A stretch of 64,000 nucleotides of DNA from Klebsormidium nitens (taxonomy: Eukaryota > Plantae > Klebsormidiophyceae): assembly GCA_000708835.1 (NCBI GenBank), contig DF237026.1:62001-126000 (forward strand), written 5' to 3'. Numbering within the stretch: the first letter of the stretch is position 1; each line of letters starts with the position of its first letter. The notes beneath the pieces are model-generated. The model had not been told where the DNA came from. It was given only the letters and a program-made list of their open reading frames with translations, and made no database searches. Below are positions 36,192-52,037 of the stretch, in pieces. Both the position numbers and the translations under genes were made by a program.

Positions 36192-39100
36192 CTAGTCACG
36201 ATGCGGTCTATCCTCCGCTGCGACCCCCGCAGGTGGGGGCACTTGGCCGGGCTCGGGGATCCCCTCAGGGGCTTGGAATCCAGGTAAGAGTGACGTAATG
36301 AAGCCCATCACGAAGAGCTGGATTTCCCGTAGAAAACCACCCCCGGCCCTTTGCCTCTGCACCGCGCCCGCAAGTGCACCTCCGCCCGCCATGTGGGGCG
36401 CATTCCCAGGGTTGGCCGGAGCTCCTGCGGTGAAGAATATATTGATTTCAGCATGGCTTGGTGATGTTTGAAGGCGTCAGATTGTCAACAAAGAGTCGTG
36501 ATTTGTGACGATTACGGTGGCGGTTTGTGGCCGACATGCTTTTATTACAAAAGCCCTAGCTCCGAAGTCAGCTTCAAGAACAAGTAGCCCCCATCCTCTG
36601 CATTTATCAATAGACGAAAACCTCTGCACTTCATGACGCCTTGATTGCAAGGACGGATTGCCGTTCTGTTTTGCAATGGTGAGGTTAGATGTGAGTTCGC
36701 CCAAAGATGTCAAGAATCTCCTCAAAGTGCCAAGACCCCAGAAAAACTCGTAGACATTCGGCCAGACGCTGGATTAGCAACGAAGCCACAAGCTGCGCAA
36801 AAAAGAGCAGGACTTGCGTAAATGGCCTACGCCGCACGTCGGAGCTTTACGAAAGCGCCGTACAAAAGGAATGTTCCAAAGAATTTTTCCGGAGTGCGAA
36901 GACGTGCATTGTGCAAGGAAACGCTCTGAACTTTGACGACGGTCAGCTTCGAGAGCATTTTGTTGTGTCAGCCCCAACGATCAGTGCAAGCAACCCCGAC
37001 AATGAACCAACCAACTCCTGAGCGCAAAAGAACGTGTCCTAATCTCAAGATTCAATCCAGTTTCGAGAAAGGAAAGGAGAAAGGTCAGAGGGCCGAAAGA
37101 GGGGAACACGTACGTACGAGGGACGGGTGCAAACACAGAGGGAATGAAATAGCGATGAAAAGCAGCGGCGGATGCAGTATGAGTTACCCTGATTTGCCCC
37201 TGCAGCTGCTTGCTGCCTTCCCTGCTGCTGGATCAACCTTTGGAAACGCTCCGTGGCCATCCGCACATATGGAGTCAGGACCCCGGTCTGGTACCTGTGT
37301 CGGGCAACGACATACGTAGGGCTTTTTGGTTTGCTACAACCAATAGCAGATGATTTGATAAGCTTGTTATAAAAGAGCCCGTGTCGCCAAGCAGTGCCGA
37401 CGATTTGAGGCGCTTCTTAAAAGGCGCCTGTCTGAAGTTTTGAATTTAGCTTGAGTGCTTGGACAGTAATCCCTTCTGATCACGCGATGAGTTAGCAACG
37501 ACTTCTACAACACATGCCGTCTCGATGCGGATTCGATGATTCTCCAAACGGCGGACGGCTGTTGAGTCAAGCGGACAATTAGCGTCTGCCGATTCAATAT
37601 GTTGCAGGTTTCCATTGCAGAGGAATCGACACCCGCGCTTTAACGACACCCATGCCTTTCCCTACGAATTGCAGGAGTCTTAAACTGAGTGAGGAGGGGA
37701 AGTAACGAAAATTTGCGTCTCAGACTGGCATAAGACTATGAGAGCCACCTTGCAATTCACCAGCTTCATCAGAGCTAGAGGAATTCACGCCAAGCAAATA
37801 CTCACGCTACATAAGCCAGCAATATTCAGAAATTAAACTCAGCCGAACAGCAACTGGCCCTTTGTCACACGCGCTGCACTCCACTGGACGACGAGCTTTC
37901 GAAAAACGCTAAATGCACGCGAAACCAGCGTCAAAATCTCCTCATATCCTCCATTTCGAACCGTCCGAAATCGGCTGTGGGCCACAGATAAGCAATGCGC
38001 AGCCCACAAATAGGATGCGCAACTCACAGGTAAGCGAGCACCGCCAGGCCCGTCAGCAGCACCAGGCGCTCGATCGACCCGTCTTGGTTCAGCACAAAAA
38101 CAATTACCGCCAGCTTGGCAATCAGCATGAAGTCAATCTGGATCCTCCGCACACGGACCACAATCGGAACCCCCTGGGGGATCCCCCCGAATTGCATCGG
38201 CTGCGGGGCCCCGTTCTGGCCGACGCGCTGCCGGAGGCCTGCTTGCGCGGCTGGGTCGACGGGGAACCCCTGCGGCGGCAGGGCCCCCGGGGGCATGAAG
38301 TGGATCTGGGCGCCTTGGAGGGGGCCGCCTTGGTTCCCAACCGGGAAGGCGCTGCGAGAATGACAGATAAGGTTAGCAATGATGCCAGTCAATTCTCACA
38401 GCAGAGGCTTAAGTAGGGCTATAGGTAAGAGCAAGAGGTGCTGTGATCAGCAGAGGAGAACGGCGGTGCATCTGTGACTGAACGAAATTTTGCGGAAAGA
38501 TCTCCGGAAATTTGGTGCGTACTGCAAGATGTCTCGGAGTAGTGAAAATGTAAAGCAGAGATCAGGAGCCAGCAACAAAGACACAGCCGGCTTTTTTAAG
38601 GTCGCTCAAAATTGCACATGCTCAAATTGCTTAGATGGCTACAGCCGTAAATGAATGACATGAAAGGAGTCTCTTGCTTTTTGGGGCTCGCTCTGAGAGC
38701 AGCTCAAAGTAACGAATACTCACAACGCTCTGTTCTCAGCAAAGCCCCCAGCCTGCCCTCCCGCTGCAGCGGGGGCCTGGAAGAACCCCACGAACGGCCC
38801 CCCCTGAACAGGTGCGGCACGCTGCGGCTCTGGCGCTGCCTGGTCTTGGCCCCCCGCCGGTGCGGCAGCAAAGTTGAAGCCCGGAAAAAGGGCGGCTAAA
38901 GGCGGGGATGCGCCGGGATTGGGTTGAGGAGGGGGCAGACCCATGCTGAGGGCCGCCAGGTTGCAGGCGAGGGGGGTGAGGAATGGGTTGCTCTGAAGAA
39001 GCTGCGAAGAGGAAAATAGGAGCCGAACCTCTTGATGACTCGAATATTCATCTTCTGATCGTTTGGTCTCCTTTTCTGCGGAGGAGAAAGAAAGGCCGAG

Positions 39101-40998
39101 AGTGCAGAAGTCTTCCCACCGTTTACAACGCTGTACTCTGACAATCTCTGCATCTTCTGATTCAATCACAGGCTGATCAAGATGGAGGGAGACCCTAGAA
39201 ACGGCTTTGTTCAGCAAACAGTGCTACGAACTTCCTCAAAGGCAACCGCAAAGTGGCCCGAAACTTACATTGATGCTAAAAGCTCTTGAACGTATAAAGC
39301 AATGGTCCTGCAGAACCCCATATCACAGTGCAGGAAACCGGATTTTAAAATGTCCGGCAATCTCTTCAGCAGATCAAAACAGACTCACCTGCAGATACAG
39401 CTGCTGTAGCGCTTCCTGAGACAGCCCCGCTGCCGCATTGCTCGGCCCTGGCGCCACCCCGTTGCCTTGCGCCGTTCCGGAGGGACCCGCCCCCTGAGCG
39501 AATGCGCTTGGGGCAGTTGCGTTCTGAGGGGTTGGGTTTTGAGGAGCGCTCGTACTGGCCTGCTGATGTTGGCCGCCCTGCTGAGCATGTGGTGTGGGGG
39601 TGTTTCGCGGAGGGAGTCCAATCCGTGACATCCGAACGGCGAATGATTCCTCTTCTTGCTGAGGGACCTCCGCATTTGCCGGGGATTGTGCGGCACCTGA
39701 TGTCAAGGAAGGATTCGCGGAATGATCCGCAGCAGTCCTGGCTGCTGCCTCCGATGTCCCGCCTCTAGTTGAGCTGCTGGGGGGATTCTCTGGGGTGGGG
39801 GGAGGGGGCCGAAGGGGTGGCGTGCTTCGGGTTGACGGTCCGGGGGCCAAGTTTTCCACAGGGGCCTGAGGTTGGCTCAGAGGGGCGGTGGGGCCGTGAG
39901 TAGTAGGGGGCCTGAAGGCGAAACGAGGCGCGGGAGGAGTCTGTGTCGGTGCTGCTGTGGCTGGTTCTGGGGGGGTGGAGGATGAAGAGCCATCGGGTTT
40001 GGGGCCAGCGATGACGAGGTGGACGACTTGTGGCTCTGCCAAGTTGGCCTGCAAAACAATGGTAATATTGATTCCAGCCTGAAATACAGCCAGCTTGAGA
40101 TACAGCCAGCTTGAGATAGGTCAATCACAGGGGGACAGGTTGGTTTTGGGGTTAGGGTGGGTATGAGTGCGGAGCGCGTGAGTTTGTATATGGGATTATG
40201 CTTTGGGTTCCTCCCAGTTCCAACTGTATGTCAACCTGGATCAATTAAACATGAATTTGAGACTAATATGAATGGTAGCCATGCCTTAATGCACGCCCTT
40301 GTGGCAAATATCGTCACGCGGTGCTTTGACACTGAACATGTCATTGAAGAAGTCAGGACTGCCTCGACCCTCCTCAGAAAGTGAAACAGAAACACAATGT
40401 CCTGCTTGCTGAAAGGCAATCGAACAAATAACCCTTGTTGTGCAATGGGATGACTACTATTTGACATTGTGTCAGATCTGATACGCAATTTTTTTCGAGC
40501 AGACTACCTACAAAAAGCATGCAGGGTGCGGCATAACCCTGGCAACACTGATGCTGCAATTTTCTTCCTCCTCACCACTCATCGAGATTGTTTTGTACCA
40601 TGTCGAAACACCCTTCAGTGTTTTCAAATCCTGGACGCCAAACTCTCAGTACCCGCCATGCAATCTTTAAAGGGCAACAAAACAAGAAAAGACATGTGTG
40701 AAGACTGCCTTTCAGTGGCAAATGGCCTCAAACTGCCTGAGCGTGGAAAGTGCCTTACATGCTTCAGGACATCCTTGAGGAGCTGGTTATCCTTGACAAT
40801 CTGCCCAGAAATGATGAGTTTCTGCTGGGCCGGCGGAGGGTGTCCATCATATTCTTCTTTCAACCGATCTTTCAGAGCCTGTATTGTAGCTGTAGGGGAT
40901 ATCTTGAGCTTGAGATCCTTGGAGAAGCTCGCTGAAGGGTTCCGCACAAGCAACTCGACAAGATCACTGGAAGCAGCTGGATCCTTTCCGTCAGACAT
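36192..40998 (-). CDS. HERPUD-like ubiquitin-like-domain ER membrane protein, ~613 aa; exons 40759-40998, 39389-40048, 38724-39001, 38028-38351, 37188-37294, 36192-36424
   Basis: N-terminal UBL domain (VELLVRNPS...TIQALKDRLKEEYDGHPPPAQQKLIISGQIVKDNQLLKDVL...VVHLV), then a long P/Q/A-rich linker. C-terminal hydrophobic segments are LIAKLAVIVFVLNQDGSIERLVLLTGLAVLAYLYQTG and LFVMGFITSLLPG. All splice phases are consistent. Confidence 0.8.
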
Positions 40999-42162
40999 GT
41001 TGCTGTGCTTATCGACCTACAATTCTAAATCAACAGAAGTAAATCACACGCTCATAGATGTCTGATCAAAAGAGTTCTAAAATGCTGCTCAGAGCAAGGG
41101 AGAGCGGAGGTTCTACGCATATGATTTGGAAGTTGCAGCTGCTCTTGTGTTCCAAAGCAAATGCAAAAGGCTCTCTTGCACGCCCTTGCCGTGGACAACC
41201 TGAGATGCTGCTTTCGACTGGAGCGAACCAAAGGAAGGAAGACGTCTTCGAAATGGCTAGCTGTTGAAAGCGCCTCTTCTAAGTTCTAGCTTGCCCACCT
41301 GTGCAACACTGAGATCAGAAGCACCTAGTTTCAGCATGTTCCCGGCGACACTTCCGGATGGACGCAAACGCAAGAATGTCTACATATCCTTCCCCATGGT
41401 CGCCGCGAATTCTCGACATCAGGACTCTCAACTTTCCAATCTGTGCAAAGCGCTGGTCCGGCTTCTTCGCGCTATAAGTTTGAGTTTGGGGAAGCATACG
41501 CTTGCAGCTATTGGCAGGGCAGTTTTCAAAGAATGCTTGAACAATTCTGCAAAGCGGCCCCTCTACATGCAAGTTGAGTGACACCTCCGCGAAGGAGTGT
41601 TTTGCTTAGCATCACATTTTTGGAATGCAGATCTGATTGGGGACATCTTAATTGCTTACTGCTGCTCAGGGCAGGGCCGGGGTGCTCGCATGCTCGCTTC
41701 TGCGCTCAGTGAATTTCCAACGAGGTGGAATGCATTTAGGAAGATGTGGAGTATCAGGGCTTCCACAAGGTGCTCAGTAAAACCAGGGTCCGGGAAGTAG
41801 TTTGTTTCTCTACGAGGATGTCCTGCAGGGACAGGCCGTCAAACATACCTCAGGTTGAAGTTGATCGTCTAGTTTACTGGTAGGTGCATAAGTGCTTAAC
41901 CCCTAAACGGAGTGGCAGAGGGCGGCGGTGTAAATATATTCTGGGGTTTTCGAACAGGTCTCTTATTATTATGTTGAGTATAATAAAGTGATCGACATAC
42001 TTATCAGGTCTGCAACCTGCAGCACTTATTGATGTCCTTGAGGCTTTCCCAACAGATCATACCCTTCTGAAAGCACGTCATCAGAAGCGGTTTGCCTGAA
42101 GGATAAGAGCAATTCCAAGGATGTAGAGAGTGGTCATCTTTTATCTGCCTAGGTAAAGAGCG

Positions 42163-45100
42163 ATGGACGGCGGAAAGTCAAAACTTGGCAAGGTGCACGT
42201 ACCTTATAAAGGGGTCCTGACGGCGGGATTCTATGGCTTCATGTCAGTATCTTCCGTGTTCATCAACAAGGCCATCTTTAAGGGTAGGTGGTTACTATTC
42301 TCTCAAAAGATCCTTCGAGGATCGTGCCCTGTAGAGGATTGTTTCGCACTCCCACTCCCTCAACATGCGAGGGCTAGCTTGTTCAGAAAGCTTGCATAAA
42401 GACAATTGGAGAAGACGTGCAACTGCATTCATTTCTGAAAGTCAACATAATCTACCACTCTGAGCTTGGCTTCTGGGCGCTCTGGGGTCAGGGAGTCCCT
42501 CTGCTCAGAAGTTTTGCTGAGCTCTCTCTGCTTCTCTTGCAGTCTACGCTTTCAACTTCCCATTCACATTGGTGCTCGGTCAAACCATCTTCACCCTCAT
42601 ACTGCTCCTTACCATCCGACGGCTAGGCTTCATTCGCACAGCCCCCTTTCAATTCGCCATCTTCAAGCGGGTAAGTTCCATTCTATCTTCTGTGAATTGC
42701 TCATACAGTCAGGGCTTCACTTGAACTTCGCAACCTGCCTGAACAAAGAACTTTCCTTGATGTTGTTGGATGACAGAACTTCCGCTCTTGCCGGAGGTTG
42801 ATCGGCCTCAAGTGCCTGCATAGAAAGTGTGGCAATTGGTGATTTGTAGCAAAAGTCTGAAGCCGCTTGTTCCGTATGTTTGACCCAAAGGTCTGCCGCG
42901 TTACGGACTGGCATTCATTGAGTATCACACTCACTGGCTTGCCAATTTGGCCTTGCTGCTTGTTTCCACTTCAAGTCACACGCAAACGCATCTCCGCAAG
43001 TGGACTTATGAATGCCCTTCATCTGCTTCGACAGTACTTCATCTCTTATGCTGCAGGTCTTCCTCCTATCCTTCGCGTTTCTCTTAAAGCTCCTGCTAGA
43101 CATGTCTGCCCTGGCCCTCGTAAACATTCCCATGTATGGGGTCCTCAAAAGGTGAGCAACTGTCCCCAAGGGGATAACGCATTCATCTAAGAAGACGGTG
43201 CTCACATTCTGTATCAGACGATGCTCCAGTGATCGTTAGAAGGGGTGTCAGAAGATAGTCTTTTGATTCACCATCTGAAACCCGTCCGTTCACTCTGAGC
43301 TCTCTCCACCTGCTTAGATTAGCTCTATCGCTTTGACACCCGACTCCCTGACTGTACTCCCTTTTACCCACTGCCTTACCTCCAACATACCATGTCTTAG
43401 AAGACTACCTATCTTCATTCCATTACGTGTTACCATGCTTTTTGTTGATCTCCAGCAGCGACTCTAAAACGCCCCACACGATGTAGTAAAAGAAGTAGAC
43501 CAAACTTATTTTACAGTCAAACCAGATCCTAACCAGATTCCCAACCAGGTGCTACTGCATCCGTTACGGTCATGTTATACGCAACTCACGATCCTGCCGT
43601 TCCACCACCCCCCTACGTCCTCCTCAAGAACCTTCCACTCCTGATCCTGAATCTAATTATCTCAGCGCATTTTCTATTTTGGTGACACCCGTAGCTCACC
43701 AGCCGCTGTGTCTGCCAGCTTGCCCCTTCATGCACAAGAGGAAGATGCGTTTGCAGAATCCCGACTGTAACCCGTCGCACCAGCTTTCCTGCGCCCTGTG
43801 TCTACAACCCGCTCTTTCTAGTCCGCAGCTCCACGCACCTGCTGTGTCAGCCAGCCTGTTTAGAAAGAAGCCGCCCTTCCACATGAATCGGGACGCACAA
43901 TCCCGTCTTCTTCATAATTCACGTGCGCTGCCCTTTCAACTTGTTCTTTTCGATCCCGGCAGCTCAGCGACCCTGTGCGTTTGCGAGCTCGATTGCAGCC
44001 TTTCTTTTTTTTTAGAGAACGCCCTTCGAGATTCCGGCTGGCAACCCGCCTCAACCCATCAAATTCATTTCTCATTCTTTGCTGCCCTTAAAATCCCACC
44101 TCGTTCTCCTGAAACCCCGCAGCTCCACTACCCCATGCGTCCTGCTCTTCTACTTTTGGTAGGGGTCGTAACGGGAAGCACACTTATGTGACGTTAGCCT
44201 GATTCCTCGTCTTTCACTTAGTAGCTCCATCGCCCCGTCCGTCATCTTGCTCGACCACAGCATGCGCAAGAAGAAGTCACTCTCTAGGTTCCGGCCCACA
44301 ATCACCTCTGGCTTCGCTAGATTTCTTTCTGAGAACGTGCTGGACTTTCGAGTCCCTGACTCGTCGTTCCAAACTTTCCAGCTCCATCACCCGGCGCGTC
44401 CCTTTGAGCATCTTCTGCATTTCATTCGACTCGTGATTGACGTACCGTATTTCCTCTATCCTCATCCCCTTTTCCTCAGCCCACTGCTCAACGATCCTCC
44501 TGCTCGACTACATCATGCACGAGAAGAAGACATTCTTCCCCACCCGATTGTTAATAACATATTTTTCCGTTAGTTTCCTTTTTCCGGATTCGCTGCCCTT
44601 TTTGTTACCTTCACCCGCTCTCTCCAAACCCCGCAGCTCCACCACCCCGTGCGTCCTCTTACTCGACTACATCATGCGCGAGAAGAAGGCCAGCCTGCGC
44701 GTGCAGCTCGCCGTTTACGCCACGACGCTCGGCGGCCTCATCGCCGGCGCCGGCGACCTCTCCTTCCACCTCCCGGGCTACATCCTCGCCCTCTCATCCG
44801 CAATGGCCACCGCCGCGTACGTCGTCATCGTCGGGAAGCTCGGCGAGGAGCTTTCCATCGATTCCTTCACATTGCTCCTGTACAACAACTGCTGGTCGCT
44901 CCCGTTCTCGTTGCTCCTGGTCCTCGCGAACGGCGAGGGGATGGCGTTCTTCACGTTCGAGCACGCGGGCGAGCCCGCGTTCCTGTTCTGCTTCGCCGCG
45001 AGCTGCGCGAGCGCGTTCGTGCTCAACTGGGCGACGTACATGTGCACGCTCGTGAACGACTCGCTCACTACGAGCATCGTAGGTGAGTACCCATTATTGC

Positions 45101-47106
45101 AGCTCTTAGTCTGTGTCAGCTGATGTGAGAAAACGTTTCGTGACCGTGAGGACATGCGCACTTATGGCGCGCGGTCAGATCTGGACGAGCATCGTGGGGG
45201 AGCGCCCCAACGACTCCGCCTCAGCAGTCCGCTCACCGTGTCAGTTAGTGCGAAACGAATTGTTGCATATTTGACGATGAGGATCAGTGGAGGTTTGGTG
45301 CGGCCACGTGGTAAAGCCTAGACGAGCATTGTGGGTGACGAGTTCAACATTCAATTTTTCGGCCTTTATACGCACGCTACTGGGTTGAGAAGTCAAGTAC
45401 CAACTGCGCCCGAAGATCTGGGGCGATTCAAGTTGTGACCTGGACGGGCGATCAAGCTGTCCGTTCGTCTCGATGTGCATGGGTCCACAACCAAGATAAG
45501 GGTGCGTGAGATGACCAGTCCACAACCAAGATAAGGGTGCGTGAGATGACCAAACCTCAGCACCGGTAGCTGCAAATAGAGTGCCGCTGTCGCAAAAGTA
45601 CTGTTTTTGCGGGTCAGGAGGTGGACAATGGGGTCAGTTGGGTCCGTCAACACGAATTGGGTTCTGACCATTTTAGCTGAACCTAATTGCACCTTCCTGT
45701 GTTTTCCCAGGTCGGACCAAGTCGATCTTGCAAGGCCTTGGCGGCCTTTTCGCGTTCGGAGATGTGCAGGTAAGTCTGTATCGGTCCAACTCAGCTTTCC
45801 TCGTCCTTCGGTTGCTTGTGATGTGCCTCTTCTGGATGGACGCCCTTCGCGGCCAGGTAGAGTAAACGAGTGTTGCAAGCCAGAACTTTTCGTATTTGTG
45901 GAGGCCTTTTGTGGTAAAACTTCTCGTTTTACCTTTGATGACCTTGCCTGCAGTACCGAGACGGCATTCCAGAGAGATGGTCTCACCGGCCCACTACATC
46001 CCGTCTCAAAATTCATCATGTTGAGCACCCGTTCCATGCTCCTTTTCCACTTTGAGACGTCGCTGACGTCAGCGACTGACACACTCCCGTCATTGGCGCA
46101 GGTGCACCCGCTGAATTTGTTCGGCCTGCTGGTGAACTCGTTCGGCATCGGGTGGTACGCGTTCGAGAAGTTCATGGAGGGCAAGCGGAAGTCGGCCGCG
46201 CTCCCGATGTACACGCAGCTGGGGCAGAACGGGCAGGAGACGCTCTCGCTGCATCGAGACGGGTCGCAGGTAAGGGCTGTTGTCTTTCCAATTTCAAGAG
46301 TCGACAGAAATATTTACATCGGAAACGCAAGAGACGCTCTCGCTGCATCGAGACGGGTCGCAGGTGAGCTGTCCGCGGGGGCCCGTTCCTTCTTTGCAAT
46401 TGTTGGTTAGTTGGTTTTTTACCCAAAGAAACTTTCTTTCTGATTTTGGTACTGTTTAAAAGGACACTGCGCAGGGTTTATTTGGCGGCTAGCATAAAGG
46501 CAGATACTTCTCTCGCTGCATGGGTGCGGGGCCGCAGGTGAACGGCCTTCAGCAGCGCGCTGTTCTTGTGATCATTTGAGCTGTGAACTTGGATTGCTTG
46601 ATCGTTTCGGTATAGCCAGACCGAATCGAGAAACGTCTTTGTCACATCGAGGCCGGTTGCGTTGGGAGGGCTCGAAGTGCCTGTGCTGTAAGATGTCAAT
46701 GTTACGCATCCCGAGAAAACGTAGTCAATTACCGTCGTAAAGGTGGACGGTCTGCGGGCAAAGAAAACGGAGGGTTGATGGTTGAGGAAAGGCCTAAGGT
46801 TGCTACCGCTCGAGAGTTTATGCGGTCACCCAGGAATGTCAACGAACGTTTTGCAGTGCTTAATTCATGAGCGAGAGCAACATTCTCGACGGAGTAAGAT
46901 TCACCACTGGGACTGGGTGCAATGCCCACAGTCAAGTCGAACAGGTGCGTTCCCAAGTTGACGCACTTTTTATACTTGTGCTTCTTCCTTTACGGAACCC
47001 TTTAACACTCGTACTGATTCTGGTAATCCTTGTTGTGCAGCTAACGTTGCAATTATCACCCAAACCATCAAGTGGTAAGGACAAACAGCAGAACGGGCGT
47101 GTATGA
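42163..47106 (+). CDS. Nucleotide-sugar transporter, SLC35D-like (TPT/DMT superfamily), ~360 aa; exons 42163-42283, 42543-42670, 43057-43151, 44637-45082, 45711-45769, 46102-46269, 47041-47106 (last exon tentative)
   Basis: Multi-TM translation with SSVFINKAIF, FNFPFTLVLGQ, VNIPMYGVLKS, GGLIAGAGDLSF, LLLYNNCWS, FVLNWATYMCTLVNDSLTTSIVGRTK and GLFAFGDV. Phases are consistent. Confidence 0.87.
43598..44535 (+). repeat. Array of about seven degenerate copies of the transporter exon-4 acceptor and start
   Basis: Variants of (cgc)ag|ctccaccaccccgtgcgtcctcttactcgactacatcatgcgcgagaagaag occur near 43600, 43828, 43962, 44122, 44224, 44381 and 44479; the real exon starts at 44637. Confidence 0.85.
45483..45552. 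repeat. Perfect 35-bp tandem duplication in a transporter intron
   Basis: gtccacaaccaagataagggtgcgtgagatgacca occurs twice (45483-45517, 45518-45552). Confidence 0.95.
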
Positions 47107-47893
47107 TCGGCCTGATGTGTCCCGACCGTCAACCATCCACCTACCCGAGTTGCAAGAAACTGTCCAGAGAATCATATATCATCAAGCCCGCATTGTCTAT
47201 CGTTCTAATTCAAACAGGTCAGTGCACAGGATAGTGTGTAGGCCGTTTTACGTCTAAGTGGGCAGCAGTGTGTCACACGTTGGCAGGAGAGCCCATTTCG
47301 ATTGCTAGCTTCGGTGTCTGCGGACTCCTATGTTGCAATTCGTTGTAACGGAATAGATAAGCACCGTTGCTCACGGTTGAGTAGCCAGTGATGCGTTTCA
47401 AGTCTGATTTGTTAACGCTGGCACCGTCCAAGCGCTCTGTCAACGACCGGGCCTGCCATGAAGTCCATGTACTTGTCGCAAGTGTTGCCCATGCCATGCG
47501 CTTCATCTGAAAGATTCCGAAGTTTGCGCAACCCGCGTCCGATCTAGCTGAGTTATGATCACCATCCGGAGCCGGATCGATAAAACTACAGTTGTCAGTG
47601 GACTCACTCGGAAGAGAGTAGGCTAAGCCGTGGCCTGTTTGTCCGGATCTCATGCATGAATTGACTGCAAGCCCCGAGCTCTATAGCATGGCGGCAGGAT
47701 TGCCAGAACCTAAACGTTTGGACGGTATACTTACTTCATGCATGTGAGTTAAGCTCCGTTTACAAAACAAGTTGCATGAGGTTCAGCGGGATTACCAAAT
47801 AGTACGTTTGTAGTATGCAGTCACTATAAGTCGACCTGAGGTGATCTTGCTCGCATCATGGCTTAGTAGGCCGCAATTCGCACTCGATATAGC

Positions 47894-47921
47894 TGCTACT
47901 AAGCATGTTAGCTTAGTAGCA
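47894..47921. other. Perfect 11-bp-stem hairpin followed by T-tracts in a convergent intergenic spacer
   Basis: tgctactaagc-atgtta-gcttagtagca, then accatgttgtttttttaatgttttt. Function unknown. Confidence 0.5.
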
Positions 47922-48382
47922 CCATGTTGTTTTTTTAATGTTTTTGCTTATAAGTACTATCATACCGTAGAGTTTGCGCATGTGCAGCTAATGCACACTG
48001 ATACCCGCTAGTCCGACGCAACCACCATGCAACAATCATTCTAGCTTCCAACATGCCTCCTGCACACTGTCATGTCAAACCGTTTCAATGTACATGCATG
48101 GTGGCCGCACTGATCAAGTGCACCTGATCGTACTAAGCTCGAGCTGCGGCCAATGAACGGCCATGGCGGCCTAACGTACTCATGGCTGATCACTTACTAA
48201 GATCGAAAGTCAGTGGCTGCATCCATGGCACAGGCAATATACCAATCGAAGCAAGCTAGCCCCCTTGCAGCAACAGTGTCAGTGACAGCCGCGCAGAACC
48301 CGACATTGTTGGTAAAAGTGGGTGACCGTTGAGTAAGTGTACAAAGTTGCGTGTCGGCCAAGGATATGAAAGCTGAGATGCC

Positions 48383-50863
<2,481 letters not shown>

Positions 50864-52037
50864 CTTGGCTGCCTTCCTCCGCTACCGGCCGCACAGGGCA
50901 CTTCAGAGATGGAGGTGGAAAGAGGGCGAGACCAAGGGGCGAATCCAGCTGATGAACCCTGTGCACAGTGCAGCCTTTGAATTGGCAAGGCTCCAGCCTG
51001 CGTTGCCCGGCGCAGTCTCACCGAAAGCAAAATCAGTCCCCAGGGGGTATCGGTGGATGTCAAGAAAGGGGCACGCAGTATTTCCCAGTCTCATACCTAA
51101 GTTCGCTCATATGCCCGGTACTGCTTAACCGGGAAGCGACTCATGCCCGGGAAATACCGCGGACACGAGAGAGAGCAGTGAGCAGTGCATACCTATGAGC
51201 AGTGAGCACTACTGTTGCTATAGCACGTGGGGGTGACAAAATGCGCAATTTGCATGGCGGGTACGGTCCTAGGGCGTTATGCAGTTGCTTTCTGCGCCGC
51301 ATTCTCTGCATGGCTAGGCATGGGGGCTACGAGCATGGTTTCTTTCGGTATGGCCCATAGGGCAACACAGCTCCTCCAAGCTTAGCCCCCGCAGGCGGGA
51401 GCTGGTGGGCAAAGGAGCATAAGTAGTACGGTATCATGGTCCAGGCTCATGCAAAAGTATCATAAGCTTATACATACAATGGAACGAGTAGTGTTTTCTG
51501 TGTACAGCGCACTCGCAACTGCACGGCGGCCTAAATACACGCTGTCCTGCGATGGGCCAGCGGCACAACCTAGGCAGATAACGAGCCCGGCTTGTAAGCA
51601 GCCTGAGAGCGTTGAACATACGTTGACACCATCTGTGACAATCTAAACTGCATGAAGGATGCAAAAGCACCTACATGCCAAGGCCCGCTCATTGATCCTG
51701 CATAGATCAGATGCGCAAAAGCTTACTTGCGGGCGCTTCTTTGCAAGAAAGCCGAACCCGCAGTGTCTAATTTCTTACCATACAGTACTCTGTTGGGATC
51801 TGATATAAACGCTACAACAATAGAGCTAACATCAAATAAACATCAGAATCCCTTGTCCTCATATCTGATTACCAAACTGCAATATGTATCTATTCCACTA
51901 CATATATATACTTGAGTAACTACGGTCCCGTCACGTACAAATTTTTTTGTGGTGACCTAATCTCAACACCAATGATCTCGATAGATATAGATACAAGCGG
52001 GAACCGTCTCAGACGTTCACCCCTCCGACCCCTACGC

